Sequence record: NC_105433.1
Reading direction: 5' to 3' (one strand)
DNA length: 51,374 nt
Source of the DNA: a phage
A program made the position numbers and the translations under genes. A model generated the notes under the pieces. The model searched no databases and was not told the origin of the DNA. It worked only from the letters and a program-made list of their open reading frames with translations. This document shows positions 1 through 9,800 of the stretch, one piece after another; the stretch's first letter is position 1, and each line of letters starts with the position of its first letter.

Positions 1-21
1 GGTTTTTTATTGCCCGTTGTT

Positions 22-30
22 TGGTATAAT
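22..30 (+). promoter_or_regulatory. Extended -10-like element (TGgTATAAT) upstream of the small terminase gene
   Basis: tggtataat at 22-30, about 28 nt upstream of the ATG at 59; no convincing -35; follows the T-run of the terminator that spans the window junction. Confidence 0.3.
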
Positions 31-58
31 CAGGCATCTAACCAAAGGAGGATTAACA

Positions 59-586
59 ATGGCTAAAAACGTTGAGCCTGCTGTAAAGGCATTAAATTTC
101 AAAGAGTTATACAATAAAACTTATGGCGATATTGTTACGCTAAACAACCGCCACAAGTACACGCCGGAACAGGTTTTTGATATGGCGATCCGCTATTTCA
201 CTTGGGCCGAAGAGAATCACATCCAGGCGGCTGAAACTGCTTCCTTTCAGGGTGACGTGTACGAGAGCAGAGTTTACAAGCCTCGCGTTTTCACGGTTAA
301 CGGATTCAGCTTGTATCTCGGCGTGACTGAGGCAGCCGTAAGCAAATGGCGTAAAGAGCCTGGATTCTGCGATGTGATGGAGTTTGTTGATAAAGTAATT
401 TACGAGCAAAAATTCCAGCTTGCGGCAAATAACATGATTAACGCTGGATTTATCGGTAAAGAGATCGGAGTAGAGAAGCCAGCAACAGTGAGCGTTGAAG
501 CGAGCGCGGCAGCTAATGCAAGCATTGACGCAGTAACTGCCGATGAGGTGAAAGAGGCTGTGATTGATATTCTGGAGCAACTTTAA
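59..586 (+). CDS. Terminase small subunit (putative)
   Basis: Frame of ORF 17..586; first ATG preceded by RBS aaggagg is at 59; stop overlaps the large terminase start (ATGA); position directly upstream of terL. Confidence 0.6.
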   Translation: MAKNVEPAVKALNFKELYNKTYGDIVTLNNRHKYTPEQVFDMAIRYFTWAEENHIQAAETASFQGDVYESRVYKPRVFTVNGFSLYLGVTEAAVSKWRKEPGFCDVMEFVDKVIYEQKFQLAANNMINAGFIGKEIGVEKPATVSVEASAAANASIDAVTADEVKEAVIDILEQL

Positions 587-2154
587 TGATCATATGGGAA
601 GATTTGACGGCGGCGCAAAAGCGAGCCATTAAAGAAATCAGTGAGCATTCATTCGAAAAGATGATCAGGATCTGGTTCCAACTATTACAGGGGCAAAAAT
701 TCCAGAGCAACTGGCATTTTAGCTTATTGTGCAGTGAGGTAGAGAAGATCATCAATGGAGAGTCGCAGAATGTGATTTTCAACATTACGCCAGGTAGCGG
801 AAAGACTGAGATTTTCTCGATCCACATGTCACCCTACGCGTCATTGAAAAGCCGGAAGGTGAGAAATCTTAACCTTTCGTTTAGTGATGGCCTTGTCCAG
901 CAAAACAGCAACCGGATAAAGGAGATTATTGGTTCTCCTGAGTGGCAAGAGCTATGGCCAGGAAAACTGGCAAAGGCGAGCGCTAAAGATCTGATAGTCA
1001 CCGAAGGCGGCAAGGTTAAATTGCAAGTTAACTCACGATCTATTGGCGGCCAGGTAACAGGTTTGCGTGGCGGCTATATGGACGATGGTTTTACTGGTAT
1101 GCTGGTTCTTGACGATCCAGACAAGCCGGATGATATGCTTTCTAAGGTAAAGCGTGAGGCTATCCACATGCGGTTAAAAAACACAGTGCGATCGCGTCGA
1201 ATGAAAGACACCACGCCGATTGTTATGGTGCAACAGCGACTACACGTTAATGATTCCACCTGGTTCATGCTTAATGGCGGAATGGGTGGTATTGAGTTTA
1301 AAGTCGTGAGCATTCCGGCGCTGGTTACGAAAGAATACCGCGAATCGCTTCCTGATTGGTTGAAGCCTGAATTTGATCGTGATGTGCTGTCAAGTAAGCC
1401 AGTGATGATAGATGGCGTTGCTCATTATTCATTTTGGCCTGCGAAGGAAAGCGCGGAGGAGTTGCTTGCATTGCGCAATGCAGATCCTTACACGTTCGCC
1501 AGCCAATACCAACAGCAACCAATCGCGCTGGGCGGGAACGTGTTTAAAACAGAGTGGTTCCAGTATTACGGCAGCGGCGAAAAATGCGCACTTCCTAAAC
1601 CGGATCGCTTTGAATACACATTTATTACTGGAGATACTGCGCAGAAGGCCGGAGAGCTTAACGACTATTCTGTTTTTTGTTATTGGGGGATGTATAAGAA
1701 TCGCGTTTACTTCATTGATGGCATTCGCGGAAAGTGGGAAGCGCCGGATCTTGAATTAAATTTTATTGCCTTCGTTAATCAGTGCTGGAAGCGCAATAAG
1801 GAGTGTGGCAGCTTGCGACGTATCCACATTGAGGATAAGGCCAGCGGCACGGGTTTGATTCAGGGGGCCAAAAAGAAGATCCCGATTGATATAAATCCCG
1901 TTCAGCGAAGCAACGACAAGGTAACGCGAGCAATGGACGCCGCGCCAGTAATGAGGGCCGGACGTGTGGCACTGCCAGAAAATCACCCAATGCTGCCTGA
2001 GATACTGGCAGAGGTTGCAGCATTCACTTTTGATGATTCTCATCCCCATGATGATATTGTCGATAATATAGTTGATGCTGTTAACGTCGAAATGAACTTG
2101 GCAGATGATCCGGTGGCAAGGATGAAAAAGCTGGCTGGTCTACGCAATAAATAG
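586..2154 (+). CDS. Terminase large subunit
   Basis: 522 aa; Walker A-like TPGSGKTE near N-terminus, acidic nuclease-type C-terminal half; order terS-terL-portal. Confidence 0.88.
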   Translation: MIIWEDLTAAQKRAIKEISEHSFEKMIRIWFQLLQGQKFQSNWHFSLLCSEVEKIINGESQNVIFNITPGSGKTEIFSIHMSPYASLKSRKVRNLNLSFSDGLVQQNSNRIKEIIGSPEWQELWPGKLAKASAKDLIVTEGGKVKLQVNSRSIGGQVTGLRGGYMDDGFTGMLVLDDPDKPDDMLSKVKREAIHMRLKNTVRSRRMKDTTPIVMVQQRLHVNDSTWFMLNGGMGGIEFKVVSIPALVTKEYRESLPDWLKPEFDRDVLSSKPVMIDGVAHYSFWPAKESAEELLALRNADPYTFASQYQQQPIALGGNVFKTEWFQYYGSGEKCALPKPDRFEYTFITGDTAQKAGELNDYSVFCYWGMYKNRVYFIDGIRGKWEAPDLELNFIAFVNQCWKRNKECGSLRRIHIEDKASGTGLIQGAKKKIPIDINPVQRSNDKVTRAMDAAPVMRAGRVALPENHPMLPEILAEVAAFTFDDSHPHDDIVDNIVDAVNVEMNLADDPVARMKKLAGLRNK

Positions 2155-2180
2155 CACTAATTGCTAAAAAGTTATATAAT
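2149..2180 (+). promoter_or_regulatory. Degenerate copy of the conserved intergenic box plus TATAAT
   Basis: aatagcactaattgctaaaaag overlapping the terL stop (TAG), followed by tataat at about 2175-2180. Confidence 0.35.
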
Positions 2181-2183
2181 CAA

Positions 2184-2208
2184 GGCTGGATTTTTCCAGC
2201 CTTTTTTA
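2184..2208 (+). terminator. Hairpin plus T-run between terL and portal (intrinsic terminator or attenuator)
   Basis: ggctgg-attttt-ccagcc followed by tttttt, immediately before the portal RBS. Confidence 0.5.
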
Positions 2209-2224
2209 TTATGGAGATTTGACG

Positions 2225-3517
2225 ATGAGTGAAAAAACAAGGCTAGTTAAGGCCGATGGATACAACGAGATTTTCAAGGGCAGCAAGGGCAATGGGCGTG
2301 TGGAGTTGCCTTTCTTTATGCAAGGGTTCGAATACACCACGCACGCTGATTTTTACATTCGCGACGGCCTAGCAAAACGAATCATCGACGTTGTTCCAGA
2401 AGAAATGGTGACGCCTGGATTTAATATTGACGGCGTGGAAGACGAGGAAAGTTTTAGATCTTTGTGGGATGAGAAGCGGCTAAACGATAAAATCATTGAT
2501 GCGCTTTGCTGGTCGCGTCTTTTTGGTGGCGCTGCAATCGTAGCAATCGTTCAGGATGGCAGGGCGTTAAAGTCACCTGTAGCGCCTGGTGCAATCCTTG
2601 AAGATGTTCGCGTTTACGATCGCTTTCAGGTTCGCGTAGAAAAGCGAGAAACTAATCCGCGCAAGGTACGATATGGTGAGCCATTAATTTACACCATTGC
2701 ACCTGGTGCCGACTTGCCAGAATACCAGGTTCACTATTCGCGAGTCTGTATCATCGACGGTGAGCGGCTACCAAATCAGCGACGTCAGTCAAATGATGGT
2801 TGGGGTGAGTCAATCCTGAATAAGCGATTGGTTGAGGCTATTTGTGATTACAACTACTGCGAAAACTTAGCAACTCAATTGTTGCGACGTAAGCAACAGG
2901 CAGTATGGAAAGCTAAAGGACTTGCCGATCTTTGTGATGATGATGATGGTGTTAACGCCGCACGTTTGCGCCTTGCTCAAGTTGATGATGAGGGTGGCGT
3001 AGGTCGTGCGATCGGCATTGATGCGGAAGATGAGGAATATGATGTTTTAAATTCTGATATTTCCGGCGTCGATTCATTCCTGGAAAAGAAGATGGATCGC
3101 ATTGTATCTCTTTCCGGCATCCATGAAATCATCCTCAAAAACAAGAACGTTGGCGGTGTTAGCGCGAGCCAAAACACGGCGCTTGAAACCTTCTACAAGC
3201 TGATCGACCGAAAGCGAAAGGAAGAATACAAACCAATCCTTGAATTTCTGATCCCGTTCCTGATTCAAGAGGAAGAATGGAGTATTCAGTTTGCGCCGTT
3301 AAGCGTTCCCAGCGAAAAGGACCAGGCCGAGATCTTGAACAAGAATATTGATTCTTTGAGCAAGGCTATTGACGGTCAATTCATGGATACAGAGGAGGCG
3401 CGCGACACATTGCGAGCCATTGCGCCTAACGTTAAACTAAAGGACGGCAATAACATTAAATTACCTGAGCAGGACGTAGAGCCGGAGCCAGGAACAACCG
3501 AGGGTAGCAATCAATGA
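2225..3517 (+). CDS. Portal protein
   Basis: ORF frame 2219..3517 begins at a TTG; first ATG with RBS (ggag) at 2225; about 430 aa downstream of terL; acidic C-terminus. Confidence 0.8.
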   Translation: MSEKTRLVKADGYNEIFKGSKGNGRVELPFFMQGFEYTTHADFYIRDGLAKRIIDVVPEEMVTPGFNIDGVEDEESFRSLWDEKRLNDKIIDALCWSRLFGGAAIVAIVQDGRALKSPVAPGAILEDVRVYDRFQVRVEKRETNPRKVRYGEPLIYTIAPGADLPEYQVHYSRVCIIDGERLPNQRRQSNDGWGESILNKRLVEAICDYNYCENLATQLLRRKQQAVWKAKGLADLCDDDDGVNAARLRLAQVDDEGGVGRAIGIDAEDEEYDVLNSDISGVDSFLEKKMDRIVSLSGIHEIILKNKNVGGVSASQNTALETFYKLIDRKRKEEYKPILEFLIPFLIQEEEWSIQFAPLSVPSEKDQAEILNKNIDSLSKAIDGQFMDTEEARDTLRAIAPNVKLKDGNNIKLPEQDVEPEPGTTEGSNQ

Positions 3518-4269
3518 TAGTGAAAGGCGTCGTTAAACAATGGCGCTTTCCTGAAGCAAGCGAGCGGCAATTGCGCCGCTCAATTCAGGAGGCGATAAGG
3601 GATCTTGTTGTGCTGATGCGCAGCAAAACAAAGGAAATGAAATTTGACGCGGACACCGAAGAAATCAACGCCGCAGAGGATGAGATTAGTAGCTTCGCGT
3701 TAAAGCTAATAGCTGGCATCGCCGCATCACTTCCGGCTGTCGGCCTTGCTGTTTATAAATTCAACGCAAAGCAATTTATTAACGTAGCGAAATCAACGGG
3801 AGGCAAGTCAAATTCCGCCGTTATCATCCTTATGGCTATTGGGGCCAATGCGAATGAGAGTTGGTATAGGACGCTATACGGTCAATGGCATGACATGACG
3901 ATCGCATCTCTTCAAAAACTATTTGGAAACATCGTGTCTGACTGGTCAACCAATATTAGATCGGCAAACTTTCGCGGAATGAGAGATAGTCAGGTTAATG
4001 AATTGGCTGGTAAGAGATTTGCAGTGTATAGCTCTTGGGGTAAGACAAGGGCTGAAAATATCATAGGTGCTTGGAATAGTAGACTCATGCGCCAGCGTCT
4101 TTATGATGCAAAAGTAACTCATTATTTTTGGCATGGTATGCTTGATGACAGAGAACGATTGCAGCATGTACAATGGGAGGGTAAGCGCATTGCGCTAGAT
4201 TCTGAACATGATTTTCCTGGTGAGCCTTTCGGTTGTCGTTGTTGGGCCATACCAGATTGGAACAGTTAA
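3514..4269 (+). CDS. Head morphogenesis / minor head protein (SPP1 gp7 / Mu F-like, putative)
   Basis: 251 aa; start overlaps the portal stop (ATGA); conserved position after the portal gene. Confidence 0.55.
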   Translation: MIVKGVVKQWRFPEASERQLRRSIQEAIRDLVVLMRSKTKEMKFDADTEEINAAEDEISSFALKLIAGIAASLPAVGLAVYKFNAKQFINVAKSTGGKSNSAVIILMAIGANANESWYRTLYGQWHDMTIASLQKLFGNIVSDWSTNIRSANFRGMRDSQVNELAGKRFAVYSSWGKTRAENIIGAWNSRLMRQRLYDAKVTHYFWHGMLDDRERLQHVQWEGKRIALDSEHDFPGEPFGCRCWAIPDWNS

Positions 4270-4279
4270 GAGGTGTTAA

Positions 4280-5395
4280 ATGAAGGCAAAACAAAGATTT
4301 GATAGCGCCAAAGTAAAGGCGCACTTTGATGATAACGGGTTTTTAGTTGATCGCCCTATCGTGGCGCGAATTGGTTTGCAAGTCTATCAGACTCCTTTCG
4401 GTGAGCGCAGAGAATTTCGTCCGGCGTCCGAAGTATTCAAGGCCGACTCACTCGCCACCTTCGCAGGGAAGCCAGTCACGGTTGGGCACGTTACGGTAAC
4501 TCCAGAAAACGCCGAAAAGGTTGTGGTTGGTTCTTGTGCTGGCGCTGGCGTGCCGAACGGGATCGGCGTAGAGGTTCCGTTAAGCATTTACTCAAAACGA
4601 GCAATCGAAAGCGCGAAGAAGCGAGATACGGCGGAAATTTCGGTTGGTTATACATCGGTTGATATTGATAAACCAGGCTGGGGAAATAATAAAACTGGTG
4701 AGTACGTTTTCGATGAGGATGTTAGCGAAGACTGGAAACCTGATTCTCCTGATTGGGTTAAGTTTGATGCAATCCAGACTGAAATCAAGGTAAACCACAT
4801 CGCGTTAGTTTTCCGAGGTCGAGCTGGCATTGCAAAATTAAACCTTGATAGCCAGCAAGATTTTCCGTATAGTGACGATGTTATTAACAACAAAGAGGAT
4901 CAAATCATGACTGTAAAAATTAAACTGGATGGCGCTGTAGAATTTGATGTTCCGAAAGCAGTTGCGGATCACATTGAATCACTGAAAGCTGATGCCAAAG
5001 CACAGAAAGAAAAGGCGGACGGCCTGGAAGCTGAGCGAGATGCACTGCAAACCAAAGTAGATGGCATTCAGGATCAGATTGATGCCGCAGTCAAGAAAGC
5101 CAAAGAAGATGCCGCGCAACATGCTCAATTGGTAGCAGACGCTAAAGAGTTAGGCATCAAGTGCGACGGCCTGGATGCGAAAGCAATCAAGGTTGCATAC
5201 ATCAAAGAAGTTATGGGCAATGACGTTTCCGATAAAACTGATGCCTATATAGAAACAGCTTTCGACATCGCCAAAAACTCTGATAAAATGGCTGCGCAGC
5301 GTAAGAGCATTAAGGGTGACTCTTTCGCGAATGAAAAACAGGATGAAGCAGGTTCTAAGCTGAATCCTAACGCTCGTTTTGAGAAACTGAAATAA
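4280..5395 (+). CDS. Scaffolding / prohead core protein (putative)
   Basis: 371 aa; RBS aagagg; C-terminal half is charged, Ala/Lys/Glu/Asp-rich and coiled-coil-like (KADAKAQKEKADGLEAERDALQTKVDGIQDQ); sits between portal and capsid genes. Confidence 0.5.
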   Translation: MKAKQRFDSAKVKAHFDDNGFLVDRPIVARIGLQVYQTPFGERREFRPASEVFKADSLATFAGKPVTVGHVTVTPENAEKVVVGSCAGAGVPNGIGVEVPLSIYSKRAIESAKKRDTAEISVGYTSVDIDKPGWGNNKTGEYVFDEDVSEDWKPDSPDWVKFDAIQTEIKVNHIALVFRGRAGIAKLNLDSQQDFPYSDDVINNKEDQIMTVKIKLDGAVEFDVPKAVADHIESLKADAKAQKEKADGLEAERDALQTKVDGIQDQIDAAVKKAKEDAAQHAQLVADAKELGIKCDGLDAKAIKVAYIKEVMGNDVSDKTDAYIETAFDIAKNSDKMAAQRKSIKGDSFANEKQDEAGSKLNPNARFEKLK

Positions 5396-5407
5396 GGAGT
5401 AATTAAA

Positions 5408-5917
5408 ATGGCTAAAATTGGAGCAAGTTATTTTGACACTATGGCGCGTGCGCTTCCTGGTCAGGTATCCGACACGTCAGCATATAACATCGACGGCGCT
5501 TGCGTTCTTGACAAGGAAGACGGCATCCCAATCCTGGTTGGCGTGGCTGTTAAGCTAAAAGGCGTTGACTCAATGGGTAATAAGCTGATCGACGCTATTT
5601 CTGGTGGTGGTGATGTTCCTTATGGCGTTGGCGTTCGTTCGCACTTTCAAACTACGGCTGATAATGGTCGAATGGTTTATGAGGCTGGCGGCGGAATCAA
5701 CGTTATGACTGAGGGCCGCGTCTGGATGATTGGCGATGATTCCGATAAAAGCAAAAAGCCAGAATATCGTGAGCCTGTAAAAATTGATGAAAACTCTGGC
5801 AAGGTGAAAAGTGCTGGCGCTATCAATACAAACTGGGTTTACACTGGCGATAAAACCACTTTTGGAACTGGCAATAATATGTTGACTTTGTTTGAAGTTC
5901 AGGTCTTCCCAAGCTAA
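5408..5917 (+). CDS. Virion structural protein, paralogue of 5968..6750 (possible head decoration)
   Basis: 169 aa; shares YNIDG..C and RG.VW segments with the next gene; followed by a terminator. Confidence 0.45.
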   Translation: MAKIGASYFDTMARALPGQVSDTSAYNIDGACVLDKEDGIPILVGVAVKLKGVDSMGNKLIDAISGGGDVPYGVGVRSHFQTTADNGRMVYEAGGGINVMTEGRVWMIGDDSDKSKKPEYREPVKIDENSGKVKSAGAINTNWVYTGDKTTFGTGNNMLTLFEVQVFPS

Positions 5918-5921
5918 AATC

Positions 5922-5948
5922 AAGGCGCTCGCTTGAGCGCCTTTTTTA
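5922..5948 (+). terminator. Intrinsic terminator
   Basis: aaggcgctc-gctt-gagcgcctt stem followed by ttttttatt. Confidence 0.6.
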
Positions 5949-5967
5949 TTATGTAAGGAGAAATGAA

Positions 5968-6750
5968 ATGGCTAAAGATTATTCATCTGTTATGGGTCTT
6001 TCTTGCCCTGGTTGTTTGGTTGATTCTACTCGCTACAATATTGATGGTACTGGCGTTTGTGGTTCTGAATCGATCATTGCTGGTAAGGTTGTTTTCTTTA
6101 AGGAGAGAATCGGCGGTTACAACATATTTGTTGACCACAAAGAGGAGGACGCTGTGGTTGCGGGTGTTGCGCTAAGGAGCAACATAACAACGACAGTTAA
6201 CGAGGAAGACGGGTATTCCGACTACAAGGAAGGAGACGCCATCAACATTTTGACAAGAGGTGTTGTATGGTGTGTAACTCAAACAATTGAATCTCCCCCT
6301 GAGCATGGGGATCTTGTTTATGTTAACAATGATGGTTTTGTAGCAAAGAGTGATGGCGATGAAATCGTCGATGGCTGGATTTTTACTGGTGACTTCTACA
6401 AGTTTGATGAAACAATAAACATAGTCGGAGTCAGAATAACGCCGCTTTATCATAGAAAATATCTTCTCACTGGTGCGATCATTGAGGCTGAAAATGGATA
6501 CATAGAGGGAACAGAGACGATTGATAACGTCCAATTAAAGGTAACGGTTGTTCCGACTTGGGCTGATGACAAAACGGGTCAGTGGACAATTACAAATCCA
6601 CAAGATCCAAAGGTTGCCAGTGTTAGCCGCACAGGTCTTGTTGTTCCTACTGGTGTAGGAGGAAGAGTTAACGTCAACTGGACTGCTAATGATGGTTCTG
6701 GAGTTGCTGACCAGTTTGATATTGTATTTACGAAAACCGCTGGCGAATAA
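5968..6750 (+). CDS. Virion structural protein with C-terminal Ig-like (Big_2-type) domain, putative head decoration
   Basis: 260 aa; RBS aaggag 7 nt upstream; N-terminal region paralogous to 5408..5917; C-terminal beta-rich segment resembles bacterial Ig-like folds. Confidence 0.5.
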   Translation: MAKDYSSVMGLSCPGCLVDSTRYNIDGTGVCGSESIIAGKVVFFKERIGGYNIFVDHKEEDAVVAGVALRSNITTTVNEEDGYSDYKEGDAINILTRGVVWCVTQTIESPPEHGDLVYVNNDGFVAKSDGDEIVDGWIFTGDFYKFDETINIVGVRITPLYHRKYLLTGAIIEAENGYIEGTETIDNVQLKVTVVPTWADDKTGQWTITNPQDPKVASVSRTGLVVPTGVGGRVNVNWTANDGSGVADQFDIVFTKTAGE

Positions 6751-6752
6751 CT

Positions 6753-6794
6753 AATAGCATAAAAAAACATTGCACGTTTAACAAAAAGTGCTAT
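6753..6794 (+). promoter_or_regulatory. Composite of forward partial box and reverse-oriented box upstream of the major capsid gene
   Basis: aatagcataaaaaaacattgcacg followed by tttaacaaaaagtgctat (reverse complement of the conserved box). Confidence 0.35.
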
Positions 6795-6799
6795 CATCT

Positions 6800-6827
6800 A
6801 GGCCGTTACATTTAACGGCCTTTTTTA
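6800..6827 (+). terminator. Intrinsic terminator / attenuator just upstream of the major capsid RBS
   Basis: aggccgtta-catt-taacggcct, 9-bp perfect stem, followed by tttttt; RBS ggagg and ATG at 6841 follow. Confidence 0.6.
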
Positions 6828-6840
6828 TGGAGGAAGCAAA

Positions 6841-7812
6841 ATGGCTAAAAAATATGATGAACTAGATGCTACGATTGTGGCGAATCATTTGCAGATTCAG
6901 GGTGTTAAGTCCGACGCTTCTGATATGGGTATTTGGACCGCTCAAGAGCTACACAAGATCCGCTCTACCGCATACGAGAAAGAGTATCCGGCAGGTTCCG
7001 CGCTTCGCGTATTCCCTGTAACAAACGAGCTTTCTGATACTGACAAGACTTTCGAATATCAGACTTTTGATAAGGTTGGCTACGCGAAAATTATCGCCGA
7101 CTACACCGATGATCTGCCGACTGTGGACGCGTTGATGACTTCTGAGTTTGGCAAAGTGTTCCGCCTGGGTAACGCTTATCTGATCTCCATTGATGAGATT
7201 AAAGCAGGTCAGCGAACTGGCAAGAGCCTGTCAACTCGCAAGGCTAACGCTGCGCAAAATGCACATGATCAGTTGATTAACTTCCTGGTGTTCAAAGGTT
7301 CCAAGCCTCACAAGATCGTTTCCGTTTTCGATCATCCTAACCTTACGAAAATTGTTTCTAAAGGCTGGATGAGCCAGGACGGCAATACCAAGTTCCCGGA
7401 AGTGGCAAGCGATGAACTGGAGGCCGCAATCGAAACGATCGAGGAAGTAACCAAAGGTCAGCACCGCGCGACCAACATCCTGATCCCGCCGTCCATGCGT
7501 AAAGTCCTAACGGTTCGAATGGAAAATACCACTGAAAGTTATCTGGAATACTTCCAGAAGCAAAACGGCGGTATCACTATCGACTCTATCGCAGAGCTTG
7601 AGGATATTGACGGCAAAGGTACGAAAGGTTGCTTGGTTTACGAAAAAGATCCAATGAACATGAGCATTGAGATTCCAGAAGCGTTTAACATGCTTCCGGC
7701 GCAGCCAAAAGACCTGCATTTCAAAGTTCCTTGCACTTCCAAGTGTACTGGCCTTACGATTTATCGTCCGTTTACGATGGTGCTTATTACTGGCTTGAAA
7801 AAGTCAGCTTAA
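6841..7812 (+). CDS. Major capsid protein (putative)
   Basis: 323 aa; strong RBS; flanked by terminators; position after scaffold and decoration genes. Confidence 0.7.
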   Translation: MAKKYDELDATIVANHLQIQGVKSDASDMGIWTAQELHKIRSTAYEKEYPAGSALRVFPVTNELSDTDKTFEYQTFDKVGYAKIIADYTDDLPTVDALMTSEFGKVFRLGNAYLISIDEIKAGQRTGKSLSTRKANAAQNAHDQLINFLVFKGSKPHKIVSVFDHPNLTKIVSKGWMSQDGNTKFPEVASDELEAAIETIEEVTKGQHRATNILIPPSMRKVLTVRMENTTESYLEYFQKQNGGITIDSIAELEDIDGKGTKGCLVYEKDPMNMSIEIPEAFNMLPAQPKDLHFKVPCTSKCTGLTIYRPFTMVLITGLKKSA

Positions 7813-7823
7813 TCAGATAACAT

Positions 7824-7853
7824 GGGGAGCCTTAAGGGTTCCCCTTTTTTTTA
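7824..7853 (+). terminator. Intrinsic terminator after the major capsid gene
   Basis: ggggagcc-ttaa-gggttcccc hairpin followed by 8 T. Confidence 0.65.
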
Positions 7854-7870
7854 TTTATGGAGTACACAAA

Positions 7871-8137
7871 ATGAGCAAAACTTTAAAACTTAAAGTAACT
7901 GGCATTTGCATGATTATTATGGACGGTAAGCGTTATCATCCTGGTGATGAAATTGAAATTGAATCTGAACGCATTAATGATTCCGCAATTGAATACCTGA
8001 TCGCTCGCGGTGATGTGGAAGTTAAAGACAATTCCGAAATTAACGAGCAAATCAAGGCGAAAGCGGAGAAGAAGCGCAAAAAAGATCCTACCGAGGGCAA
8101 GAGCCGCAAAGAGCTAGAGGACGGCGGCGAATATTAA
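7871..8137 (+). CDS. Hypothetical protein (head region), Lys-rich C-terminus
   Basis: 88 aa ORF between capsid and connector genes. Confidence 0.45.
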   Translation: MSKTLKLKVTGICMIIMDGKRYHPGDEIEIESERINDSAIEYLIARGDVEVKDNSEINEQIKAKAEKKRKKDPTEGKSRKELEDGGEY

Positions 8138-8183
8138 TAATTGGGGCGCTTATGCGCCCTTTGTCACATCTGGAGAAAACAAA

Positions 8184-8603
8184 ATGGTAGATGAATTTTA
8201 CACAGACGCTGAAATCATGCAGCAAATCGTAAAGTTAGCGCCGCCAATGCAACAAGTTGATCCCGATTTAATTGTGGCATGGATTGAGCTTGCTAAAGAG
8301 TTTGTTTGCAAAAAACGGTTTAAAAACTCATACCCTAAAGCGGTTGCGCTTTACACTCTTCACCTTATGACCTTAGACGGGGCAATGAAACAGGAAGGTG
8401 AAAGCGTAGAAAGCTACTCCCGCCGCGTTGCCTCGTTCACTCTGACTGGTGAGTTTAGTCAGACGTTTGATCGAATTTCTTCCGATACAAGCGGAAAGCA
8501 GATCCGACAAACGCCGTGGGGCAAAATGTACGAAGTGTTAAACCGTAAGCACGGTGGCGGCTTTGGCCTTGTGACTGGATTGCGCCGGAGATGCTGCCGA
8601 TGA
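8184..8603 (+). CDS. Head-tail connector protein (gp6-like, putative)
   Basis: 139 aa; position and size; RBS ggagaaaacaaaATG. Confidence 0.45.
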   Translation: MVDEFYTDAEIMQQIVKLAPPMQQVDPDLIVAWIELAKEFVCKKRFKNSYPKAVALYTLHLMTLDGAMKQEGESVESYSRRVASFTLTGEFSQTFDRISSDTSGKQIRQTPWGKMYEVLNRKHGGGFGLVTGLRRRCCR

Positions 8604-8971
8604 ACTACAATGAGATTGCAAGAATGGCTACGGCTGGGATTAACTTTTTCAGCGATGCTAACGGTATGTTTAAGTGCATCACGCAGCAGGGAGGGGTTGA
8701 GATTATCGGCGGAGAGGAAGTTACCAAGCCGGAGATTTCAGTGATGATAAAGGGGCTTGTTAGATCTCCGAGGACTAGAGAGGTTGACGGTGAAGCAATC
8801 CGAGTAACCGACAAGTTGGGGATATTCACCAATGAAACTGAGATCAAAAATGGTTATCAGATTGAAATTGATGGCGAACGTTATGTTGTCGTTGAAGCAA
8901 GGCCAGTCAGGCAGACTAACATCACGGCGGCTTATCGTCCGATATTAAGGAGGATTGCTGTGCATGGCTGA
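8600..8971 (+). CDS. Head-tail adaptor / head closure protein (putative)
   Basis: ATGA overlap with the previous gene; about 123 aa; conserved position. Confidence 0.4.
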   Translation: MNYNEIARMATAGINFFSDANGMFKCITQQGGVEIIGGEEVTKPEISVMIKGLVRSPRTREVDGEAIRVTDKLGIFTNETEIKNGYQIEIDGERYVVVEARPVRQTNITAAYRPILRRIAVHG

Positions 8972-9407
8972 TAACTATAAGATCAGGGAATTTCACGGTG
9001 ATATAAGCAGGTGGATTGATTCAGTAAGCAGCGGCCTTGTTGATTGCGTTGAAATGTTCGCGACAAACGTCCACGAGGATCTTGTAAATCGCTCGCCAGT
9101 TGATACGGGCCGATATAAAGCCAACTGGCAGATAACAGCAAACAAGCCGCCGCTATATGCGCTCAACCAATACGATCGCGATGGTAGTAAAACCATTGCA
9201 GAAGGTAAGCGAGCAATATATGCAATTATGCGTGGCGGTGGCGCTGTGCGGTCAATCTATTTTTCAAACATGCTCATTTACGCAAACGCGCTTGAATACG
9301 GGCATTCAAAACAAGCGCCGTCCGGCGTACTTGGAATCGTGGCGGTAAAGCTGCGATCTTATATGGCTAAGGCAATAAAGGATTCGAGGGCAAAAAATGC
9401 ACTATGA
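8964..9407 (+). CDS. Head-tail joining protein (HK97 gp10-like, putative)
   Basis: RBS aaggagg about 11 nt upstream of the ATG at 8964; about 147 aa. Confidence 0.4.
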   Translation: MADNYKIREFHGDISRWIDSVSSGLVDCVEMFATNVHEDLVNRSPVDTGRYKANWQITANKPPLYALNQYDRDGSKTIAEGKRAIYAIMRGGGAVRSIYFSNMLIYANALEYGHSKQAPSGVLGIVAVKLRSYMAKAIKDSRAKNAL

Positions 9408-9798
9408 TTTAATGTTGGCGGCAAGAAAGGCGCTGGCGGCTGAATATGAATCACGATTTAAGATAGCCTATGAAAACGTTGATTTTGTGCCGCCTGGAGA
9501 TGGTTCTATGTGGTTAAAATTTAACTACATGGAAGCGGACACGGATCGCATATCTCTTGATAGAAAATGTGTTTCTTACATCGGTTTGGTTCAGGTTGGA
9601 ATTGTTATTCCTCCTGGTGGTGGCACTGATAAAGCGCGTTTGCTGGCTAAAGAGATTGCGAGATTTTTCTATGATGGTAGAATGTTTGAAACTGGCTATA
9701 TTAGCGAGGGAGCAAACGTCCACGCATTACTAAAAAGTGAAACAGGTTGGTTCTTGCCGATCCGTTTCAGTGTTAGGCTTGACACAAAGGAGGAATAA
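9397..9798 (+). CDS. Tail completion / tail terminator protein (putative)
   Basis: 133 aa, overlaps the upstream gene, directly precedes the major tail gene. Confidence 0.4.
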   Translation: MHYDLMLAARKALAAEYESRFKIAYENVDFVPPGDGSMWLKFNYMEADTDRISLDRKCVSYIGLVQVGIVIPPGGGTDKARLLAKEIARFFYDGRMFETGYISEGANVHALLKSETGWFLPIRFSVRLDTKEE

Positions 9799-9800
9799 TC

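Noticed and set aside
140-580. Antisense ORFs inside the terminase, portal, tape measure and J genes (for example 140..580, 1074..1313, 11179..12364, 17299..17613, 17948..18229)
   Set aside because: Embedded antisense in long, well-supported genes; no RBS or operon context.
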